Made by a program: the position numbers and the translations under genes
NCBI GenBank assembly: GCA_963782545.1
Contig: CAWAKD010000007.1
Span: 1,574,026-1,638,025 of the forward strand
Reading direction: 5' to 3'
DNA from: an uncultured delta proteobacterium
Lineage (GTDB): Bacteria > Myxococcota_A > Polyangia > Fen-1088
DNA length: 64,000 bases
The notes under the pieces: model-generated
The model's database searches: none
What the model saw: only the letters and a program-made list of their open reading frames with translations
What the model was told of the DNA's origin: nothing
Shown: positions 11,201-18,555 of the stretch, piece by piece
Position numbering within the stretch: the stretch's first letter is position 1
Layout of the letters: each line of letters starts with the position of its first letter

Positions 11201-12566
11201 GACCACGTTTGCCGGCCGGCGGCCGGGCCCTGCGATACCCAGGAACTGTGCAGCGGCAAGGATGTCACCTGTCCTCCGGACGGGAAGCTGGGTAGCGGAG
11301 CGATTTGCCGACGGTCGGTTGGCGACTGTGATCGGAGCGAGTACTGCGACGGCACTCACGACGAATGCCCGGCCGATCTGGTGGTGGCCTCGGGCACGGT
11401 GTGCCGGCCGGCTGACGGCGAATGCGACACGCCGGAAACCTGCAACGGCAGGGATCCGATTCTGTCCGGCCGACCTCTTCGTGATGAGCGGCATCACCTG
11501 CCGCCCAACCCAAGGCGAGTGCGACCTTCCCGAGGCATGCACCGGCCGGTCCCCCACTTGCCCCGCCGATGTCAAGAAGGTGGGCACGGTGTGCCGGCAG
11601 ACGAGCGGAGCCTGCGACCAGGCCGAGGTGTGCGATGGGGTCGATGACGTATGTCCTCCCGACCAGTTCCTTCCCGCCGGTTGGACCTGCAATCCGGCCA
11701 GGGGTGAGTGCGACCTGGCCGAGGTCTGCACCGGATCGAGCCCCGCGTGCCCCGCCGACCTCGTCAAGCCGGCCGAGACGATCTGCCGGGAGAAGAGCGG
11801 CGGATGTGACGTCGAAGAACGCTGCGACGGCAGTTCCCGCGCATGTCCGCTAGACGCGGTCCTGCCCCGGGACACGGAGTGCCGGCCAGCCGCTGGGGCC
11901 TGTGACGTTGCGGAAAGCTGCGACGGCTCATCTCATGACTGTCCGCTCGACACGCTCCAGCCCCCTGGACTAACCTGTCGGCCATCGGCGGGCGTGTGCG
12001 ATCCCGAGGAGAGCTGCACGGGAACCAGCCCCGCTTGTCCTGACGACGTCATGTCCCCGCCCGGAACCGTGTGCCGCAAGGCCGATGGTCCGTGCGACAA
12101 GGCCGAGACGTGCACGGGAGCCTCGCCGGTGTGTCCGGTCGAGGACAAGCTGCTCGGCCCCGACACCGTCTGCCGGCCGGCGGCCGGTCCTTGCGACAGG
12201 GAGGAGATCTGCACGGGCGTATCCAAGGCCTGCCCGGTCGACGAGCTGCGTGCCGCGGGTTCGGTGTGCCGCAAGGCCAAGAGCGACGAGTGCGACTTCG
12301 CGGAAACCTGCGACGGCCTCATCGCCGAGTGTCCCCCCGATCGAACCGAGGACAACGGGCACGTGTGCTCGCTGGGGACGTGCCTGAAAGGCGAATGCCA
12401 GGACAAGCACATCCTCGACGGAAAGTTGTACGGAGTCCAGGGCGGAGGGTGTGCATGCACATTGTCGAGGGAAGGCAGTTCCGGCGGCGGTTTGGCCTGG
12501 CTGCTCGTGTGGGTGACGGCGGCCTTTGGGCTTGTCCGCCGCAACCGGAAGGGAGGGCGGTCATGA
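5216..12566 (+). CDS. Giant (~2,450 aa) surface protein: Kelch/galactose-oxidase-like propellers, CDDGN-type Cys repeats, 26 disintegrin-like repeats and a MYXO-CTERM anchor; one apparent frameshift at ~11459
   Basis: RBS AGGAGA then ATG at 5216 and a signal ending GTAC. Kelch motifs 'LVVGG...AELYD...W'. ORFs 5162-11647 and 10125-12566 join in register within repeat 17 (CNGRDP/FCPAD). C-terminus 'GGGCAC...LAWLLVWVTAAFGLVRRNRK'. Confidence 0.85.
9847..12345 (+). repeat. Array of 26 ~96-bp (~32 aa) disintegrin-like repeats, consensus GTxCRxxxGxCDxxExCxGxxxxCPxD
   Basis: Counted in the translations. Each unit has 4 Cys. Repeat 18 reads 'CRPTQGECDLPEACTG', as in ADAM disintegrin loops. Confidence 0.9.
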
Positions 12567-13495
12567 GGCGCCGCCGGATTGCAGTAGGTCTGGGCGTCGC
12601 GCTGGTGACCCTCGTGCTCACGGCGCCGGCGAGGGCTCAGGTCCAGACCCACCCGGCCGATAGATTTGCGCTCAATGGCTTCTACCCGGCAGCCCCCGGC
12701 AGCACCTGGCTAGTGGCGGATTCGCTTCACTACGAAGGTCACAAGCAGGTCACGCTGGCCCTGGTGCTCGATTGGGCACGCAAGCCGCTCGTGCTCTACG
12801 GGCCGGCGGGAAGCGAGACCGGGCTCGTGAGCGATCAGCTCTACGCTTACCTAGGCGGAAGCATCCTGCTGTTCGATCGCTTCCGCTTCGCCCTGTCGAT
12901 CCCCGTGATCCTGTACCAGAACGGTTCCACGTTCTACGTCGATGACACCGAGTACGTGGCCCCGCACGGGCTCGACATGGGCGACATCCGGGCTAGCACG
13001 GATGGCATCATCTGGCGGCGGTCCGACGGTGTCGTGCGCCTGGCCGGCGGCCTGCGCTTCTTCATCCCGTCCGCGGGCCGCGATTCCTACGCCAGCGATG
13101 GCGCCGTCCGGCTAGAGCCATGCCTGGCGGTTGCCGGTGATGTGGGCCCGTTCACGTATGCTGGCCGTCTGGGCGTGCAGTACCGCGCGCACAGCACCAC
13201 GTTTGCCGGCGCGGGGCTGGGGAGCCAGTTCCTTCTCGATGCAGCGGCGGGTTACCAGAGCCTCGACCGGCGCCTGCTGGTTGGCGTGGAGATCTACGGC
13301 TCCACCGTGTTCAGCAAGGGCGAGTCGTACTTCGCCACGGCGACCAGTCCGCTGGAACTGCTGCTGATGGCGCGCTGGCGACTGCCCCGCGGGTGGGCCG
13401 CATCGCTAGGGTTCGCCCCGGGCCTGACCCGCGCCCTCGGCACCCCGCGCTTCCGCACGCTGGCTTCGGTGGAGTGGGCGTATCCCTCTCTGTAG
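12563..13495 (+). CDS. Predicted outer-membrane beta-barrel protein resembling the N-terminal barrel of myxobacterial TraB/OmpA-family proteins, with no TSP3 or OmpA domain
   Basis: ATGA overlap with the upstream gene. Signal peptide ends ARA|Q. Motifs 'FALNGFYPAAPGSTW', 'DWARKPLV', 'LVSDQLY', 'GDIR', 'SPLELL', 'GLTRALGTPRFR'. Alternating amphipathic strands and a terminal 'SVEWAY'. Confidence 0.7.
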   Translation: MRRRRIAVGLGVALVTLVLTAPARAQVQTHPADRFALNGFYPAAPGSTWLVADSLHYEGHKQVTLALVLDWARKPLVLYGPAGSETGLVSDQLYAYLGGSILLFDRFRFALSIPVILYQNGSTFYVDDTEYVAPHGLDMGDIRASTDGIIWRRSDGVVRLAGGLRFFIPSAGRDSYASDGAVRLEPCLAVAGDVGPFTYAGRLGVQYRAHSTTFAGAGLGSQFLLDAAAGYQSLDRRLLVGVEIYGSTVFSKGESYFATATSPLELLLMARWRLPRGWAASLGFAPGLTRALGTPRFRTLASVEWAYPSL

Positions 13496-13515
13496 GAGCA
13501 GGGGCGCCCGATACC

Positions 13516-14787
13516 CTACGGCCCGATGGCGTACAGGTTCCCGTCGCCGCTGACCACGAAGATGGTCGTATTGCTGCCGATCGCGGGCGCTGACGTCACG
13601 GGGCCGCCCACGTCGAACGACCACTTCTTCGCGCCATCGGCCGCGTTGATCGCGTAGAGGTTCCTGTCCGTGCTTCCCACGTAGATCACACCGTTGACGT
13701 CGATGGTGGGAGCGACACCGGTTTCGAATCCGCCGGTGGCGAACTTCCATTTCATTTGCCCGCTGGATGGAGTCAGCGCGTAGAGGTTGCCGTCCGGGCT
13801 GCCGTAGTAGACGGTGCCGTCCGCGCCCAGGGCGGGCGACGAGGTGGCCGCGCCGTGACCGGGACCGCTGGCCGGGAACATCCACTTCACGTTCCCGTCA
13901 GAGTTGATCGCGTACAGATGCCCGTTCGGGGCGCCGACGTACACTGTGCCGTCGGGCGCGACGGCCGGCGAGGACTCGAAGGCGCCACCGCCAATCTCGA
14001 CGCTCCAGCGTGAGCTCGGCGCCGTGCCCTGATTCACCGCGATGACTTGGCCGCCTGCCGTGGCCTCGTAGATGGTCCCGTCGGCCCCGACAGCAGGCGC
14101 GCTGCGCACGCCGCCGCCCTCGGTGAAGGTCCACAGCAGGGTGCGATCGGGCTTGATGGCCAAGAGCCCGTTGTTGTCCGACCCGAAGTAGATCGTCCCG
14201 TCGGCGGCGATGGCCGGCGACGACTGCATGGTTTCGCCCACGCCGAAGGTCCAGCGCGCCTTGCCGCCCACCGGATCCACCGCGTAGAAACTGGCGTCCC
14301 ACGAGCCGAAGTAGATGGTCCCGTCGGCCCCGATGGCCGGCGATTCCGAGATCCCGTCCGCGGCGACCAGGGCCTGCCACTTGTCGCTGCCGTCGAGGGG
14401 GTTGAAGGCGTGCAGCTTGTAGTCGGAGCCGCCCACGTAGATGGTGCCGTCGGTACCGATCACCGGTGACGACGCCGAGCTGGCTCCGATGGGCTTGCGC
14501 CACAGCGGAGCTGCGGCGGGCTGGTCGGGGCCGGGCAGGCGGCTGCGGCCCGTGCGCATGTGGTCACCCTTGAACATCGGCCAGGGGGTGTCCACGTCGC
14601 ACACGACACCGTCATGTCGGTAGTAGCCAGGGGCGCACGCGCAGGCGCCGGAACCGCTGGCGCAGCTCACTGGCAGATCGGGCTTGATGGGCGGCCGGGC
14701 CGGAAAATCGCCCACCGAACAGCCGCACGCCGCCAGGACACCCCCCAGGATCGCTCCCGAGATTCGCGACGTGATTCGGCCGGCCAT
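13516..14787 (-). CDS. Lipoprotein with an EGF-like Cys segment and a PQQ-like (BamB-type) beta-propeller
   Basis: ATG at 14787 overlaps the upstream TGA. Lipobox LAAC/GC. 'WPMFKGDHMRTGRS' plus about 8 repeats of 'SSPAIGADGTIYFGSxDxxLYA'. Confidence 0.85.
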   Translation of the reverse strand: MAGRITSRISGAILGGVLAACGCSVGDFPARPPIKPDLPVSCASGSGACACAPGYYRHDGVVCDVDTPWPMFKGDHMRTGRSRLPGPDQPAAAPLWRKPIGASSASSPVIGTDGTIYVGGSDYKLHAFNPLDGSDKWQALVAADGISESPAIGADGTIYFGSWDASFYAVDPVGGKARWTFGVGETMQSSPAIAADGTIYFGSDNNGLLAIKPDRTLLWTFTEGGGVRSAPAVGADGTIYEATAGGQVIAVNQGTAPSSRWSVEIGGGAFESSPAVAPDGTVYVGAPNGHLYAINSDGNVKWMFPASGPGHGAATSSPALGADGTVYYGSPDGNLYALTPSSGQMKWKFATGGFETGVAPTIDVNGVIYVGSTDRNLYAINAADGAKKWSFDVGGPVTSAPAIGSNTTIFVVSGDGNLYAIGP

Positions 14788-15836
14788 CACCACGTTCCTC
14801 CGGTTGCCAGGCCCACGAACCCGGGGCCTGCCACGGGGCCTACGCTGGCGGTGGTAGTGGCACTGGTCGCCTTTCCCGAGGGCGCGGCCGCGTACAGGAC
14901 GACACCGGTCGCGGCCAGGACGCCGCCGGCGATGAAGCTGATGGTCGCGACTTGCGCGAAGGACTTGGCCGAGGACTGTGAGAAGCGTGCCTCCTGATCG
15001 TGGTATGCGAGCCATTGGTCGACCGCCTGGTCGTGCCGCTGGCTCGAAAGGTAGGCGCAGATTCCCCCGTTCGCCAGACCCAGCAGGCCCACGATTCCGA
15101 CCACCACCCCGGTCACCCGCAGCGCGGAGCCTGGAGGGGACGCGGCGGCGGGTTCCTCGGGCGGCGGTGCGGTCTCGGCAACCACCGGCGCGGGAGCCAC
15201 CGGGACGGGTGGCGGCGGTGATACGAAGACCTGCACGGGCGCGGGCGGCGTCGCGGGCTCGACCCGAGGCGGCGGTAGCTTGGCCAGATTCAGATCCACC
15301 ACCTTCCGATCCTCTCCCACCAGCACCACGGTCTGCTCGGCCGGGTGATAGCCGTCGGCCGTGGCCGTCACGCTGTGGCTGCCCATGCCGATGCGGATCG
15401 GCGTGTAGAGCGGGGCCACACCCACGACATTCCCGTCCACGCGCAGCACCGCCCCCGCGGGCGCGCCGCGGATCTCCAGCGTGGCGATGCGAACCCTCTG
15501 CCGCGCGATCTCCTTCTCGACCTCCGCCCGTCGCTCCGCGGGGATGTCGCTTCCGCCCTCGCTGAGATAGCGCTCGAAGGCATCCGTTGCCTCGACCGGC
15601 TTGCCCATCGTCACGTAGGCCTGCCCCAGATCGTAGAGCACGGTGTGGTGGGGCATGAGCTCGTAGCAGCGTTGCAGCTCGATCACCGCCTGGGCCATCT
15701 GACCGTCTTCGATCAGCTCTTTGGCATGCTCGAAGTGCTTGCGCGCCTCGGCCTTGGCGTCGGCCCGCACAGCGGCGGGCAGGGCCAGCAGCGCGGCCAC
15801 GAGAATCAGGGGTGAAAGTATGAAATGAGTCTTCAC
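14787..15836 (-). CDS. TPR + PEGA domain protein
   Basis: Signal peptide (VRA|D). TPR 'ARKHF...YELMPHHTVLYDLGQAY...FERYL'. PEGA 'GAVLRVDGNVVGVAPL...GSHSVTATADGY'. Gly-rich hydrophobic C-terminus ending in W. Confidence 0.85.
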   Translation of the reverse strand: MKTHFILSPLILVAALLALPAAVRADAKAEARKHFEHAKELIEDGQMAQAVIELQRCYELMPHHTVLYDLGQAYVTMGKPVEATDAFERYLSEGGSDIPAERRAEVEKEIARQRVRIATLEIRGAPAGAVLRVDGNVVGVAPLYTPIRIGMGSHSVTATADGYHPAEQTVVLVGEDRKVVDLNLAKLPPPRVEPATPPAPVQVFVSPPPPVPVAPAPVVAETAPPPEEPAAASPPGSALRVTGVVVGIVGLLGLANGGICAYLSSQRHDQAVDQWLAYHDQEARFSQSSAKSFAQVATISFIAGGVLAATGVVLYAAAPSGKATSATTTASVGPVAGPGFVGLATGGTW

Positions 15837-17215
15837 CAGCTTGCCCTCGCGGAGAGTCCGGCAAAACCGGGACCCAGCGCCGGCGTCACCCGGGCCTGCG
15901 TGGCCGGAGCGCCGCTGCGATGGCGGGCGAGGAAATAGAGCGTTCCGCCCGTGACCAGGGCGGCGCCTCCGGTGACGAGCAGGACCTCGGACGCCATCAG
16001 GTAGCCATCTGCGCGGCTCTTGAGCGCGCCTGCGCTGGCGTCGCAGTTGGGGGTGCAGTGGTTGAGGGCGGCGCTGTGGTCGGACTCCGCCTTCAGCAAG
16101 AGTCCCCCACCGGTCACCGCCAGAGCAGCACCTGCGCCGGCGGTGACCAGCCCCGCGATGCGCATTTGGCGGACCGAGCGTGATTCCGGTTCGGTAGGGG
16201 GTGGGGCGGTCGTGATGTCGGTCGATACAGGTCGTTTCACGGGCTTCTCCGTGACGAGCACGACTGGTTGCGGAGGTGGAGGCGGTAGTGGTGGGGGCGG
16301 TTCCACGTGCCTGACCAGGGCAAGCTGGACCACGCGATAGTCCTCGCCTGCCACGGTCACCTTCAGCTCTCCCGGGTCGTGCCCCTCGGCGGTGGCCGAA
16401 ATGGTGTGTTCGCCGATGGGCACTCGGACGCCCAGGGGCATGGGGGCAAAGCCCACGTCCTGGCCATCCACGTTGATGAGGGCGCCATCCGGCGTTGTTT
16501 GTATTTCCAGCGTGGCGATACGTGCCGTCTGGGTGGCGATGTCCTGCTCGACCTCCTCGCGTCGAGAGGACTTGATGTCCTTGCCGCCCTCGCCGAGGTA
16601 GCGCTTGAACGTGTCGACGGCCTCGATCGGCCGGCCCAGCACGCTCTGTGCCTGCCCGATGTTGTAGAGCACCGCGAAGTGCGGCTTGAGCTCGTAGCTG
16701 CGCTGAAATTCCAGCAATGCTTCCGCTACCTGCTCGTCGTTGAGCAACTCCACCCCGCGCTGGAAGTGCTTGCGTGCCTCCTTCCTCGCGGCTGCGCCAA
16801 CTTTTTTTGCGGGCGTCTCTGGCTTTCCATCCGCCTTCTCGGGTTCCTTCGCGGTCGCCTCGGGCCGGCTCGCGACGGCGTCCTTCGGCTTCCCAACAGA
16901 GTCCGCAGGCGCCTCACCCTCGGCTTGCTTCTTTTTCGGGAGATCCTGCGTCGGCGGGGCCAGGCCCGCGGCCTCCGCAGCAGCAGCCTTGGCCGCGACT
17001 TCCGCCATCGCCGCTGGGCTTCCGGCATTCTTGCTCTTGCGCTCGCCAGCGGTGTGCGCCCTTTTCTTGTGTTTGTCCCGGGGCTGCGCAGCGGCGTCCG
17101 ACTTCGCGGTGGCCGCCTCCGCCGCTGCTCGCTCGGCCGCCTGCGCGGCCACCGGACCGCCGGTCATCGCCAGCATCGCGAGCAAGACCGCCACCTGTGT
17201 GAGCTGCGTGGTCAT
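15833..17215 (-). CDS. TPR + PEGA domain protein (paralog of the downstream gene) with a Lys/Ala-rich N-terminal extension
   Basis: 'ARKHFQRG...YELKPHFAVLYNIGQAQ...FKRYL' and 'PDGALINVDGQDVGFAP...GEHTISATAEG'. Stop/start overlap with the next gene. Confidence 0.85.
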   Translation of the reverse strand: MTTQLTQVAVLLAMLAMTGGPVAAQAAERAAAEAATAKSDAAAQPRDKHKKRAHTAGERKSKNAGSPAAMAEVAAKAAAAEAAGLAPPTQDLPKKKQAEGEAPADSVGKPKDAVASRPEATAKEPEKADGKPETPAKKVGAAARKEARKHFQRGVELLNDEQVAEALLEFQRSYELKPHFAVLYNIGQAQSVLGRPIEAVDTFKRYLGEGGKDIKSSRREEVEQDIATQTARIATLEIQTTPDGALINVDGQDVGFAPMPLGVRVPIGEHTISATAEGHDPGELKVTVAGEDYRVVQLALVRHVEPPPPLPPPPPQPVVLVTEKPVKRPVSTDITTAPPPTEPESRSVRQMRIAGLVTAGAGAALAVTGGGLLLKAESDHSAALNHCTPNCDASAGALKSRADGYLMASEVLLVTGGAALVTGGTLYFLARHRSGAPATQARVTPALGPGFAGLSARASW

Positions 17216-17269
17216 CCGTACCCCTTGGGGATTGTAGACGATTTCGTGAATATTTTGCGTGGTGCCTCA

Positions 17270-17568
17270 GTTCGGGCTGTCCGCGGTGCCGACTGCTGCC
17301 CGTTCGGCGGCGTGGGCCGCCGTCGCTGGCCTGCCGCCCGCCGGTCCCGGGCTGTGCCGCAAACCGCTCACCATCTCGTCTTGCCCACCTCAGATGGCCC
17401 CAAGGTCGTGCGCCCGTTGTGCGTCGAGGACGGTGGCTTCTCCTCACATGCGGCAAGCCACGTCGGCGCCGGAAGCGCCGGCCATGGCCCCGGCCCGCGG
17501 ACCACGCTTCTGGCAGAGCCGCGTGGCTACTACCGCGCCCAACACGCCCGGAGGCCCTTTATACCGAT
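17270..17568 (+). mobile_element. Degenerate, internally deleted IS91-family (Y2 rolling-circle) transposase remnant ending in a putative oriIS
   Basis: Fragments in different frames: 'AAVAGLPPAGP', 'PLCVEDGGFSSHAASHVGAG' (cf. the GFSLHA motif) and 'APARGPRFWQSRV' (cf. the ARGP C-terminus). These are followed by ...CCCTTTATAC, resembling oriIS TTCCTATAC. Confidence 0.5.
17525..17568 (+). repeat. 44-bp direct repeat, copy 1 (putative oriIS end)
   Basis: GGCTACTACCGCGCCCAACACGCCCGGAGGCCCTTTATACCGAT; 40/44 identical to 18503-18546. Confidence 0.85.
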
Positions 17569-17628
17569 TACGGTCACTTGTTCGGACTATGCGCCGAAGG
17601 TTCGATGTGATAGGGAAGGAGGGAATCC

Positions 17629-18393
17629 ATGGAGTCCAAGACGGTTGTTGTGTTTGCGTTTTGGGCGCTGCTTGGCTTGCTAGGGTTGACCGCAGGGTGC
17701 GCCGGCAAAGGCAACAGCAAGGCTGACGATGCCGGTGATACCAACAAGGAGTTTACGCCCGACAGCCCCAAGGCCACCGGAGGTATGATGGCGTCGTACT
17801 CGGGAGGTGCCGCCGGCACCGCTTCAGGCACGGGGGGCACGGGCGCCCAAGGAGGCATGGATGGTGCCAGTGTCACGGGTGGCGGCGGAGTTGGAACGAC
17901 TGGCGGGACGATGGGTGCTGGTGGCACGGCTGATGGCGGCACCGGGATTGTGCCCGCGTGTTGCGGCTTCGGCGCGGACTGCCCGCAAGGTTATTCATGT
18001 GCGGGGAACCCCGACGACCTCACCTCCAGACTTGGTAGGTGCGAGCCAACGCCAGCGAGCGACAATTGCTACAACGACCTCGATTGTCCGCAAGATGCGC
18101 TGTGCGTCTCGGCGGTCACTTGCGCGTGCGACGCTGAATGCTTTGCAGCCAACCAACCGGGCACGTGCCTGCCAACGGGTGAGGCCTGTTGTCAGGTGAA
18201 CGCGGATTGCGCTGATGGCGGGCGCTGCATCGGGGCCTTAGGCTTCACGAAGGGCCGTTGCGTGACGGCTCCCAGCAGCTCCCAATGCTATACGAACGGC
18301 GATTGTCTGGTTGGCCACTTCTGTTACCTCATGAAGATCTGCGCCTGCGGGTCCAATTGCACTGCGTCGCCTGGTGTGTGCGCGATAGAATGA
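17629..18393 (+). CDS. Cys-rich lipoprotein with a Gly-rich linker and repeated Cx4DCx5C modules
   Basis: RBS GGAGG; lipobox LTAGC; repeats CGFGADC, CYNDLDC, CQVNADC, CYTNGDC. Confidence 0.8.
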   Translation: MESKTVVVFAFWALLGLLGLTAGCAGKGNSKADDAGDTNKEFTPDSPKATGGMMASYSGGAAGTASGTGGTGAQGGMDGASVTGGGGVGTTGGTMGAGGTADGGTGIVPACCGFGADCPQGYSCAGNPDDLTSRLGRCEPTPASDNCYNDLDCPQDALCVSAVTCACDAECFAANQPGTCLPTGEACCQVNADCADGGRCIGALGFTKGRCVTAPSSSQCYTNGDCLVGHFCYLMKICACGSNCTASPGVCAIE

Positions 18394-18502
18394 GCGGAAG
18401 AGCGCGATCGAGTCACTGGCCGCCCAACAGTCGGCCTGGTTCATCCCCCGAGGGCTGGGGCTACACGAAGATCAGGACGATGATGATTTCTTGGATAGTA
18501 CG

Positions 18503-18546
18503 GGCTGCTGCCGCCCCCAACACGCCTGGAGGCCCTTTATACCGAT
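18503..18546 (+). repeat. 44-bp direct repeat, copy 2 (putative oriIS end)
   Basis: GGCTGCTGCCGCCCCCAACACGCCTGGAGGCCCTTTATACCGAT; 978 bp from copy 1. Confidence 0.85.
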
Positions 18547-18555
18547 CACTCACTG

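Noticed and set aside
17525-18546. Integron attC cassette
   Set aside because: The repeats lack RYYYAAC/GTTRRRY ends and an attC-length palindrome, and there is no integron integrase in the window.
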